Shown: in pieces, positions 55,631 through 63,392 of the stretch
Layout: each line of letters starts with the position of its first letter
Numbering within the stretch: position 1 is the first letter of the stretch
From: an uncultured virus (IMG/VR IMGVR_UViG_3300034418_006598)
Taxonomy: Duplodnaviria > Heunggongvirae > Uroviricota > Caudoviricetes
Length of the DNA: 64,000 nt
Strand: one strand, 5' to 3'
IMG/VR virus record: IMGVR_UViG_3300034418_006598
Program-made: the position numbers and the translations under genes
Notes under the pieces: generated by a model
What the model was told of the DNA's origin: nothing
Databases searched by the model: none
Seen by the model: only the letters and a program-made list of their open reading frames with translations

Positions 55631-55723
55631 ATGTCTGCGTCGATGGCTGACGGCTTGCTGAGTATCAATGTAGAGAAGGTTATTCCGGAAGAGCAGCAGC
55701 CGATTGAGATCGAGATCTCGTAA
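55631..55723 (+). pseudogene. Hsp20 (small heat-shock protein) C-terminal remnant
   Basis: MSASMADGLLSINVEKVIPEEQQPIEIEIS matches the A-x-x-x-DGLL-x-I...PE...I-x-I C-terminus of IbpA/Hsp20. Confidence 0.65.
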
Positions 55724-55740
55724 GTAGAATCAGTATATAC

Positions 55741-55887
55741 ATGAAGAAGTTTAAGAAGTGGCTACGTAAGCTACGTTACGGCGAAGACCCGTTTGAGGGA
55801 TATACATTCTCGCAACCGTTCATCGGTTTGATTACTCAGCCTCCCGGCGAGTACGTCAAGCCACTACCAAAGGATAGAAATGACTGA
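55741..55887 (+). CDS. small hypothetical protein
   Basis: MKKFKKWLRKLRYGEDPF..., 48 aa. Confidence 0.45.
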   Translation: MKKFKKWLRKLRYGEDPFEGYTFSQPFIGLITQPPGEYVKPLPKDRND

Positions 55888-56047
55888 TTCAACTATGGAT
55901 GTCACCGACTTTATCTCTCAAATTGAGGATATGTTGAAGCAGGTTGCGGGCCACACTGTGGTTTCAGCCGCCGATATGCAGAACGGGCTGCTCGATTTGA
56001 TGCAGTCGGCCCGTTCGCTGACCCTATCGTCGGATGAGGAACTGTAA
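55880..56047 (+). CDS. small hypothetical protein
   Basis: AAGGA RBS; MTDSTMDVTDFISQIEDML..., 55 aa. Confidence 0.55.
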   Translation: MTDSTMDVTDFISQIEDMLKQVAGHTVVSAADMQNGLLDLMQSARSLTLSSDEEL

Positions 56048-56050
56048 TTT

Positions 56051-56347
56051 ATGAGGCAATTCTTACGTTACTTCTTACGATGGCAGCTATCCACACCTGT
56101 GCTGCTGTTGTTTATTGCTGTTTACCCTGGCAACATACTGATGAAGGTAGCGTTAGCTAACCTTTTGGTGTCGTTATTGGACTATTTTTCCCGTAAAAGT
56201 ATGAGGCAGCAGAGCAATTCAGGGTTCATGAAAGCCCGCCGAGGCGACGATTTCATCCCCTATACGCTCAGAACTTCCATGCGGAACAAGGCTAAGCGGT
56301 TTAAATTTACCCGTAAATTCCCTATCGAAAGACGAAAAAAGACATGA
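56051..56347 (+). CDS. small membrane protein
   Basis: RYFLRWQLSTPVLLLF hydrophobic N-terminus. Confidence 0.45.
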   Translation: MRQFLRYFLRWQLSTPVLLLFIAVYPGNILMKVALANLLVSLLDYFSRKSMRQQSNSGFMKARRGDDFIPYTLRTSMRNKAKRFKFTRKFPIERRKKT

Positions 56348-56526
56348 TTCTAGTCACCGTCATGCTATCGTTGATCGCATCCGCCATCATTGCTAACGTT
56401 TGGCTGGTTCGGCAGCTAGAAAAAGACCTCTCAGAATGGAATAGAACCTTCCAAGAGAGGCTTGCTCGGCTGGATGAAACATGGGAACAGATCGAAGAAA
56501 AGACCTACTCAATGGACCAAATTTGA
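56344..56526 (+). CDS. TM-anchored small protein
   Basis: ATGA coupling; N-terminal TM plus coiled coil. Confidence 0.55.
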   Translation: MILVTVMLSLIASAIIANVWLVRQLEKDLSEWNRTFQERLARLDETWEQIEEKTYSMDQI

Positions 56527-56874
56527 GGATTTAACTAGTGGCTAAACGTCGTAAAAATACTAACCATGTTTGTAAAGTTCCGCCCGGAACAGAGTGTGTG
56601 GGAGGTAAACTTTACGACAAAGAGAAGAGAAAAGCGAGGCCCCTATGTCCGTGCGGATGCCATCTTCCCCCGGGTACCAAAAAACCAACATGAAGACAAT
56701 TAAGTTAGAAACAAGACCGTCTCGTCCGGTGTGGAAAGAGCGTACCCTGTGGGGTACGGCGGCGGCAGTATTCATGATTTTAAGCATCAAACCCACGTAT
56801 AAAGCTCTACGGAGCGGCTACTACCATATGACCGAAACCAGAAATTTCATCAGAACAGTAGGTAACACCCCCCG

Positions 56875-57144
56875 ATGATTTACGAATTCACTGCCGGAGA
56901 CAACTACTGGTACATAGATACCGACCGCAAATACGTCAAAATTACAGACAAAACCGACGGAACGATCATCAAAGAAACCGACCAGTTAGGGTTGCTAGCC
57001 CAAATTGAGGGCGCTAGAATAGCTGCATATGAGGGCACATACGGCCTGATCGGTATCTCGGCCCCCATCGTAGATAACCATTTCTTCATAGAAGACTGCC
57101 ATACTCGTATCATTTGGCAAGAACCCGAGAAAGCAAACACATGA
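56875..57144 (+). CDS. hypothetical protein
   Basis: 89-aa ORF coupled to neighbours. Confidence 0.55.
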   Translation: MIYEFTAGDNYWYIDTDRKYVKITDKTDGTIIKETDQLGLLAQIEGARIAAYEGTYGLIGISAPIVDNHFFIEDCHTRIIWQEPEKANT

Positions 57145-57527
57145 GTAGTTACTCGCACGAACAGCACCAGCTTACCCTAGACTACGACGCTCACAAACTA
57201 GCCCGCTCCACCGACCCAGAAACGTCAAAGGCTGCGGCTCAGTCCATTTCGCTAGAACTAAAAGACAGCCACCGTTGGATTCTCAACTGGCTTACGGATC
57301 ACGGCCCAGCCACCGACGACGAGATCGCACTCGCAGCAGTAGACGCAGGTCTCATGCCCCGCACCGAGACAGCACGAAGGCAAGTCCGAACCCTACGTGA
57401 AAAACACGAACTTATCGTCCCTGCAGTCGATGAAACCACAGGAACCCAGCTCACATTCGTCAACGCCTCCGGCAGACAAGCTCTCGCCTGGACAGCAAAG
57501 GAGCATAACCATGCTAAGCATTCATGA
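57141..57527 (+). CDS. putative winged-helix DNA-binding protein
   Basis: ARSTDPETSKAAA, ILNWL.DHGPATDDEI, TARRQVRTL, NASGRQA..W. Confidence 0.7.
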   Translation: MSSYSHEQHQLTLDYDAHKLARSTDPETSKAAAQSISLELKDSHRWILNWLTDHGPATDDEIALAAVDAGLMPRTETARRQVRTLREKHELIVPAVDETTGTQLTFVNASGRQALAWTAKEHNHAKHS

Positions 57528-57819
57528 ACCACACGAACTACCCCTCGAATACGAACCCGACAACGCCATCGTAACCATCAGCCTTAGCCGGGAACAGATG
57601 GAAAAGTTTGCTAAAACCGAACTCAAAAGGAACAGTCCAGACTCCGCCACCTACCGCTGGCTACTCACCGAAGCCACCCCCGAAGACCGAGAAAAGATCG
57701 AAAAACTCGTACAAGAAGAGATATGGACCCTCCTCACACAAGGACTAAGCGACTTAGACGACCTCCTCTGCGGACTCTACGAAGCCTACGTCCAAGCCCA
57801 CCTATCCTCAAGAAAGTAA
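57511..57819 (+). CDS. hypothetical protein
   Basis: AAGGAG RBS before ATG 57511. Confidence 0.6.
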   Translation: MLSIHEPHELPLEYEPDNAIVTISLSREQMEKFAKTELKRNSPDSATYRWLLTEATPEDREKIEKLVQEEIWTLLTQGLSDLDDLLCGLYEAYVQAHLSSRK

Positions 57820-57909
57820 ACAACCCACCCCGAATAAACGACCGCTAAACACCTCCACGATACAAAAACCCACCAAAGCACCCATTTACACTATACAGAA
57901 ACACTCGAT

Positions 57910-57996
57910 ATGGACCCTGTAGTAAAAGCATACACACTCGTATTCGGTGCAATCGTCCTCATGATGCTGATAGACCTAACCCTACGAGACCGGTAA
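57910..57996 (+). CDS. 28-aa single-TM microprotein
   Basis: MDPVVKAYTLVFGAIVLMMLIDLTLRDR. Confidence 0.4.
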   Translation: MDPVVKAYTLVFGAIVLMMLIDLTLRDR

Positions 57997-58084
57997 CCAC
58001 TTGACACACCCCCCAAACCCAAACTAAACTAACAACCAAAGAGCCTACTAATACTACCCCACCAACAGTATAAGAAAGGCCAAA

Positions 58085-58468
58085 ATGCGAAACCCCCTCC
58101 ACCACCTAACCAAAACCCACACAACCGATACACAACCACACCACCCCCAACCAGACACACAAACACCCCCCAAAAACACCCCAAAACCCCACTGGACCAA
58201 CCAAGCAAACTGCCGAAACAAAACACATCTCATGTTCCCCAAAGAACACAAAGACCTCTCCTACATTAGTGAGGCACGACGTTTATGCAGGGCGTGTCCG
58301 GTCCGTAGGGAGTGTTTGGAGTATGCGTTGGAGTTTCCGGTTTCGGATCAGCATGGTGTGTGGGCTGGGTTGACTCCTAGGCAGTTGGCTGCGGAGGGTC
58401 AGAGGCGTGGGGTTCGTGCGGAGCGGTTTACGTTGGCTCAGGTTTGGTCTCGTTTGTATCGGCAATAG
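58085..58468 (+). CDS. whiB: WhiB family Fe-S transcription factor
   Basis: W..QANC...MFP...ARRLCRACPVRRECLEYAL...HGVWAGLTPRQ; GAAAGG RBS. Confidence 0.92.
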   Translation: MRNPLHHLTKTHTTDTQPHHPQPDTQTPPKNTPKPHWTNQANCRNKTHLMFPKEHKDLSYISEARRLCRACPVRRECLEYALEFPVSDQHGVWAGLTPRQLAAEGQRRGVRAERFTLAQVWSRLYRQ

Positions 58469-58507
58469 TTGCTGTGGTTGTATAGCTGGGGGATATACAG
58501 TATTGTT

Positions 58508-59173
58508 ATGGTTGATTCTAATAGGTTGTCGAGAGAGTTTTTGGCTGAGCGGGATGCCCGGATTTTTGGTTTGAAGAAGTCGGGTTTGTCGAATCAGGAG
58601 ATTGCTCGTCGTTTTGATATGACGGCGGCTTCTGTTGCTGCTGCTACTCGGCGGCAGTTGGGTCGGCTTAATAGTGAGGCTTTTCTTTCGTATCCTGAGG
58701 TGCTTAGGTTGGAGCTGGAGAGGTTAGATGAGCTTCAGAAGGGCCTGTGGCCGTTGACTCAGTTCCGTCGGGAAGTGTTAGATGATGGTTCTGAGGTGAT
58801 GTTGGAGCCGGATCAGAACGCTGTTCGTACGGTGTTGGGTATTATGGATCGTCGTGCGAAGCTTTTGGGTATGAATGTGGAGCGTGCTGTGGTTGAGTTG
58901 CAGATGGATGGGGGTGGTGGGGATACCATTGATGTTCGGAGTAGTTTGGCTGGTGCTGCTGGTGGTGAGGTGTTGGAGACGGGGGAGGCTGCGAAGGCGG
59001 AGTCGTTGCAGTTGTTGGAGTTGATGGCTTCGTCTGGGGTTTTGGATGAGGGTGTTGTTGGGGATATTTTGTCTAGTGTTGAGGAGCGTGGTGGTTTGGA
59101 GGAGGATAGGGTTGAGTTGGATGATTTGGATGTTGTTGATGCTGAGATTGTTGATGAAAGTGAGGATTTGTGA
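58508..59173 (+). CDS. HTH protein resembling actinophage terminase small subunit
   Basis: ERDARIF.LKKSGLSNQEIARRF HTH; LELERLDELQ..LWP; AVRTVL.IMDRRAKLLG; TACAGT 6 nt before ATG. Confidence 0.6.
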   Translation: MVDSNRLSREFLAERDARIFGLKKSGLSNQEIARRFDMTAASVAAATRRQLGRLNSEAFLSYPEVLRLELERLDELQKGLWPLTQFRREVLDDGSEVMLEPDQNAVRTVLGIMDRRAKLLGMNVERAVVELQMDGGGGDTIDVRSSLAGAAGGEVLETGEAAKAESLQLLELMASSGVLDEGVVGDILSSVEERGGLEEDRVELDDLDVVDAEIVDESEDL

Positions 59174-59502
59174 TGTCTAGTGATTATTTGAAGAAGACGT
59201 TGTTGGCTGATGAGGTTGCTCGGGCTGAGGCGGTTGGTGCTGTTGAGGCTGCTTTGGTTGAGTCTGTGGCGGGGTCTGTGGATGAGGTGCGTGATAAGCA
59301 GGTGCTTATTCGTGTTTCTGAGTCGCAGCGGGATCAGTGGCAGGAGTGTGCGGAGGCTGATGGTTTGTCGGTTTCTGAGTGGTTGCGTCAGATGGCGGAT
59401 GCTCGGTGGCGTGAGGTGTTTACGTGTATGCATCCGTTGGAGAAGCGGAAGTCGTATCCGTGGTCTGAGTTTTGTTTGGATTGTGGGTCTCGTTTGCGAT
59501 AG
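59173..59502 (+). CDS. ribbon-helix-helix DNA-binding protein with C-terminal Cys motif
   Basis: QVLIRVSESQRDQW..CAEADGLSVSEWLR; CMH..CLDCG. Confidence 0.7.
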   Translation: MSSDYLKKTLLADEVARAEAVGAVEAALVESVAGSVDEVRDKQVLIRVSESQRDQWQECAEADGLSVSEWLRQMADARWREVFTCMHPLEKRKSYPWSEFCLDCGSRLR

Positions 59503-59513
59503 TTTGGGTACGT

Positions 59514-59550
59514 AAAAGGGGGGACCCTCGTGTGGGGGTCCCCCTTTTTG
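59514..59550. terminator. bidirectional terminator
   Basis: AAAAGGGGGGACC...GGTCCCCCTTTTT between convergent units. Confidence 0.8.
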
Positions 59551-59735
59551 CGTTGTTGTTTGTTACATCCAGCGGCTGCGTGTTTTGGTGAGTTCTCGTT
59601 CGAGGTCGTCGGTTCAGAGTCTGCTCCTTTAGGGGTTATCTAACTTTTGGTATACCGTGGTGGGGTTTGCTGGTTTTGGTGTGTGGGGGTGGTTGTGGTC
59701 ACAGTGGGGATACCATTGGGTGTTGTAGTGGCTTG

Positions 59736-59812
59736 TGGTGGGGCAGGTGAGGCTTGAACTCACTTTCTCCGCCGTATAAGGACGGTGCATTTACCCGTTA
59801 TGCTTCTGCCCC
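59736..59812 (-). tRNA. tRNA-Ile(UAU), CCA encoded
   Basis: Minus strand reads GGGGCAG-AA-GCAT...ATGC-A-CCGTC-CTTATAC-GGCGG-AGAAA-GTGAG-TTCAAGC-CTCAC-CTGCCCC-A-CCA. Confidence 0.85.
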
Positions 59813-59861
59813 GGGTTTGTGGTAGACTATTTATATATTTTGGAGGTTTGTTGTGTCTGAT

Positions 59862-60074
59862 ATGAGTTTTCCGAGGGGGCCGGGTCGTCCGGCGAAGCGT
59901 GCGGTTGATGGGTTTGCGGGTTTGTCGTTTCGTGTGGATGCCCGGTTGAAGAATTTGTTGTTGGATATTGCTGATGGGTATGACATGTCGATGACTGAGC
60001 TTCTTCGTTTGATGGCGTTGAAGGAGGCTGGGTTGGAGTCTCTTGATCAGTTTGAGGAAAATTTGGATGAATGA
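59862..60074 (+). CDS. RHH DNA-binding protein with AT-hook-like PGRP
   Basis: RGPGRPAKR; LSFRVDARLKNLL..IA..YDMSMTELLR. Confidence 0.7.
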   Translation: MSFPRGPGRPAKRAVDGFAGLSFRVDARLKNLLLDIADGYDMSMTELLRLMALKEAGLESLDQFEENLDE

Positions 60075-60415
60075 TGGATGATAGTAATGCTTTGACGAAG
60101 CTCCACATTTCTGTTCCTGTTTGGTTGAAAAATGTTTTGCAGGAGGCGGCGGATGAGAAGGGCATGAGTGTGTCTCAGTTGTGTTGCTTCGTTTTAGATG
60201 CGGGCGCTAGGGACACCATTGAGCTTCCGAAGAGGCCGGATCCGGCTGCTCCGGTCCCTACCGTAGTTGACGTGTTGAGAGGGTACGTTGCTGGCGAGGG
60301 CGATAGGTTGATTGGGCCTTGCGGTGATCCGTGGCCTTGTAGTTATGATCCTGAGCAGGAGTTTGTGTTGGGTGAGTTTCGGTTCTGTCATTTTTGTGAT
60401 GTGTGCGTAGGTTGA
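60071..60415 (+). CDS. RHH DNA-binding protein with C-terminal Cys cluster
   Basis: LHISVPVWLKNVL.EAADEKGMSVSQL; PC..WPC..FCHFC. Confidence 0.7.
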   Translation: MMDDSNALTKLHISVPVWLKNVLQEAADEKGMSVSQLCCFVLDAGARDTIELPKRPDPAAPVPTVVDVLRGYVAGEGDRLIGPCGDPWPCSYDPEQEFVLGEFRFCHFCDVCVG

Positions 60416-60683
60416 TTCGGGGCGGTTTCCATCTGGGGCTGGTGCGTCTGAGGTAGGCGGCTAGCCGGGGGTGTCGTTCTTCGGTGGCTGCGGGTAGCCA
60501 GACGTGTACTACGGCGTCGAGGGTGCGTAGGTACCGGCAGGGGCTGCCGAACCAGTAGCGGCTGGTGGCTGGCTTCTCGTGGATGCGCAGGTATCGGCTG
60601 ACTTGTTGGGCGTTTACGTCCCAGGGGTCGAGGCCGATGCGGTCTGCGAGGATCCGGATGCCGATGTAGTAGTGGTGGAGCAT
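60258..60683 (-). CDS. hypothetical protein
   Basis: Coupled (TGATG) to the upstream minus-strand gene; 3' part overlaps a convergent gene, so the end is uncertain. Confidence 0.45.
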   Translation of the reverse strand: MLHHYYIGIRILADRIGLDPWDVNAQQVSRYLRIHEKPATSRYWFGSPCRYLRTLDAVVHVWLPAATEERHPRLAAYLRRTSPRWKPPRINLRTHHKNDRTETHPTQTPAQDHNYKATDHRKAQSTYRPRQQRTLSTRQLR

Positions 60684-61120
60684 CAGGCTGGGAGGGGGTG
60701 TTCTCGGACGGTGGTCGCCTCTTCGCTCCAGTCACGGGTGTCGAGCCAGTCTGCAAGGTCTTGTAGGTCCTTGTAGGTCGCTCCTAGTACTTGCATGGTG
60801 CATACGAAGTCGTTGGTTTCGGGTTCGTACATGAATTTCATGTTGGGGTAACGGTAGCTGATTTTTATGCCTTCTGTCTTTTGGATTTTACTTAGACGGT
60901 CGAGCGGGTTGCTTGGTGACTGGGGGTGGCCACCCAGCCCGAATGGGTCGTGTTCCCGGATACCGGCTGCCTGATCGAGCCAGTTATGGTCTTCGAGCCA
61001 GTCGGCAAACTCATAGATCTCAGTCATGGGCGCTCTTTTTAGTTCCATGCTGATGCGGTAGCCTTCGGGGGCTTCACTGCTGGGCCAATCTTGAGTGATG
61101 GTGATGGTGGATCCTGCCAT
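60683..61120 (-). CDS. hypothetical protein with internal duplication
   Basis: AAGGA RBS; repeats FADWLEDHNW..AAGIREH / LADWLDTRDW..ATTVREH. Confidence 0.65.
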   Translation of the reverse strand: MAGSTITITQDWPSSEAPEGYRISMELKRAPMTEIYEFADWLEDHNWLDQAAGIREHDPFGLGGHPQSPSNPLDRLSKIQKTEGIKISYRYPNMKFMYEPETNDFVCTMQVLGATYKDLQDLADWLDTRDWSEEATTVREHPLPA

Positions 61121-61131
61121 GTTGGGTTTCC

Positions 61132-61485
61132 TTAGCTGTTGAGCCATTGGTCGAGGTCGTGGGCGGAGGTGGTCTGCTGTTCGTAAAGCTCTACGAACGC
61201 TTCGACTTTTTCGGCGTTGCGGAAGATCAATGTGAGGTCGTTGTAAATCTTGTTTCGATTATTGTTGCCCATGTGGAAGTCTGACATCGAGCAGCCGAGG
61301 ATGGCGTGCTTGCAGGTGTCCATGCCGTAGTGGCGGAGGGCTGTAGCCAGCTTGTCCTTGCGCTTGTCGTCTAGGACGGTGGAGGTTCGCTTGTTGAAGG
61401 TGGTCTTCCAGAAGTCGAACAGGGCTTGTACGTCTTCGAGGGGTGCGCCGTTCCATTCTTGCTGGGGGAAAAGTTCATCTGTCAT
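61132..61485 (-). CDS. phage replication initiator / replisome organiser-like C-terminal domain protein
   Basis: FDFWK..F...LDDKRK.KL..AL..YG...C..AI.GC..SDFHMG.N...YNDL.LIFRNAEKVE.F. Confidence 0.6.
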   Translation of the reverse strand: MTDELFPQQEWNGAPLEDVQALFDFWKTTFNKRTSTVLDDKRKDKLATALRHYGMDTCKHAILGCSMSDFHMGNNNRNKIYNDLTLIFRNAEKVEAFVELYEQQTTSAHDLDQWLNS

Positions 61486-61606
61486 TTTTGAAAAGCTCCC
61501 GTGTGTCATTTCTTTTTAGTGTAGTGTAGTTAGTGAATGGTTGCTAGGGGTTAGTCACTGTTCGTTGCATATCTACAGCTACTGCGGGTCGGGCGTACGG
61601 GCTGTA

Positions 61607-61655
61607 AGAGAACGGGAAAGACCCCCGCAGCGAGAGAGGTGCGCTGCGGGGGTCT
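61607..61655 (-). terminator. terminator after VWA gene
   Basis: AGACCCCCGCAGCG/CGCTGCGGGGGTCT 14-bp stem followed by a pyrimidine tail on the minus strand. Confidence 0.75.
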
Positions 61656-61661
61656 CCTGTT

Positions 61662-63233
61662 TTAGCTGGCGATGTGTTCTCGCCAACGCTCTAGGATGCG
61701 GGGCTGTGGCTTCTCGCCTGCCTGCAATCCTCGAAGGTAGGTGATGGCATCGTCCACGCTGTATTCCATGTGGACGCTGTTGCGGTGTGCAACCTTGGCA
61801 CATTCCATCTCGTCCATGATGCCGCCTCCGTAGCCTCTGTAGACCATGCCGTCGGTGACCCAGAGGACTGGGGCCTTGATGGTCTGCTTGAGGCTCAGGG
61901 CGTACTCCAGGGCGGGCAGGTCGTTGCCGTTGCCGCCGGGGAAGCGGGGAAGCTCAGCGCAGATTTTGCCCTTGTCGGCCAGGAGCCAGAGGTTGTGCTT
62001 GGAGTCGGCGGCGAACGATGCCGAGTGGGCAAGAACGGTGCAGCCGGGAGCGGCGAGCATGATGTTCTTTACCTGATCTTTGCTGAGGCTCATCGAGCCG
62101 GACACGTCGATCAGAACGACGCCACCCTGCGACTTGACCTTGCGGTCGAAGATGCGCTTCTCGGGGTCGGTGAGGTAGCGGACCATCCGGCGAGGGTTGC
62201 GTCCGACCTGGGACGGTCCTCGCTTGTAACCGATGGCTCCCTGCACCGTGGTGGTGAGAGGCATCTTGCGGAGGCTGACGGGGATCCATGAGCCTGAGCC
62301 GTAGAGTCCGACGTTGCCTTCGAGGAGCCGCTTGGCTTTCTCCTGAATCTCCTTGCGGTCGATCGGCTGGTCTTGGTCTGCAAGCTCGGCTGCTTCGGCG
62401 TCGCCAGTTGTTCGCTTAAGGTTTTCGGGATCAAGTTCGCTTTCACCTTCGGTGGGTTCAGCGTCCTCGGTCTCGTCCTGCTGCGGCGGCTTGGGGGGCA
62501 TCGAGGCGATGGACTCGATCATGAGTGCCATCTCGATGCTGTAGTTCATCCCTTCGATCCGGTCGGTTTGGACGTTGCGTCCGGTGACATGATCGTAGCT
62601 GAAGAACGGAGTGGTGCTGCCGTAGTACCCGAGGGTGCCTGCTTCGTCAGCGTACTTGAAGCTGCCGTACTTGCCCTTCTTGATCTTCTTGATCTGGTTT
62701 TTCTGGTACTTGACAAGCTCCGATGCGATGGTGCGTGCCGAGTCGGCCCATGCCGGGTTCTCCTTGCGGATGCCGGAGATGAGCGGGGTGAGGCTGCCGG
62801 TGTTGATCGAAGCTGCGACTGCGCAGACGAGTGCGTTCCAGTCGCCCTGCTTTGCGATCATCTCACCTTCGTGCCGTTCGGAGCCGGTGATGAGGGCTTT
62901 CATCGGGAACCCAAGTTCCTGGGCGATAAAGTTTACCCTGGCTTCTTCGGCTGCACGGATGGCGTCTTCACCGACGGCCTCGTTGACATAGGGGGTAATG
63001 TCGGCGGGTGAGACCTTGACATGAACCTGCTCGTGACCACGGATGGCACGGGCAAGCTCGGAGTCGTCCAACGGGACTCGCATGATGCGTCCGGAGACCG
63101 TGATGAACGGTTCGCCTCGGACGGCTTTGGCGTTGCCAACGTCCCAACCACCGCTGTTGCGGAGATCCTGGCGTCGGAACACTTCAGGCATTGGCCTGTT
63201 CTTGTTCTGAATCTGTTCTTCGATGTTAGCCAT
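61662..63233 (-). CDS. metallopeptidase-like plus VWA domain protein (CobT/MoxR partner)
   Basis: GHEQVH..EEARVN; acidic linker; MIDAS LIDVSGSM, GGN..D..AL, VTDG; GAGG RBS before ATG. Confidence 0.8.
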   Translation of the reverse strand: MANIEEQIQNKNRPMPEVFRRQDLRNSGGWDVGNAKAVRGEPFITVSGRIMRVPLDDSELARAIRGHEQVHVKVSPADITPYVNEAVGEDAIRAAEEARVNFIAQELGFPMKALITGSERHEGEMIAKQGDWNALVCAVAASINTGSLTPLISGIRKENPAWADSARTIASELVKYQKNQIKKIKKGKYGSFKYADEAGTLGYYGSTTPFFSYDHVTGRNVQTDRIEGMNYSIEMALMIESIASMPPKPPQQDETEDAEPTEGESELDPENLKRTTGDAEAAELADQDQPIDRKEIQEKAKRLLEGNVGLYGSGSWIPVSLRKMPLTTTVQGAIGYKRGPSQVGRNPRRMVRYLTDPEKRIFDRKVKSQGGVVLIDVSGSMSLSKDQVKNIMLAAPGCTVLAHSASFAADSKHNLWLLADKGKICAELPRFPGGNGNDLPALEYALSLKQTIKAPVLWVTDGMVYRGYGGGIMDEMECAKVAHRNSVHMEYSVDDAITYLRGLQAGEKPQPRILERWREHIAS

Positions 63234-63273
63234 GGTATGTCCTCTCTGATGGCTAGGTGGTGTAATAAAGAGT

Positions 63274-63389
63274 GTAGCGGCCCGGAGTGGTATTCCAACC
63301 TCCGGGCCGCTACTTTTTTGGAAAGGCGCCAACCACAACACCTTTCCATTGATGTGCCGGTCAGAACCCTAACTGACCTTTGGAGGCAC
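63274..63389. other. cluster of three hairpins between AAA and VWA genes
   Basis: GTAGCGGCCCGGAG/CTCCGGGCCGCTAC; GGAAAGG/CCTTTCC; GTGCC-GGTCAG/CTGACC-GGCAC. Confidence 0.6.
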
Positions 63390-63392
63390 GAT

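Noticed and set aside
55087..55723. The structured RNA as an intron splitting a single gene
   Set aside because: The upstream ORF has its own stop and no Hsp20 similarity; no group I or II core motifs recognised
56538..56878. ORFs between 56526 and 56875
   Set aside because: Competing short frames with no clear RBS or motif; cannot choose a supported gene
58029..58251. Hydrophobic minus-strand ORFs opposite whiB
   Set aside because: G/V/W/C-rich translations are a by-product of the extreme C/A strand bias
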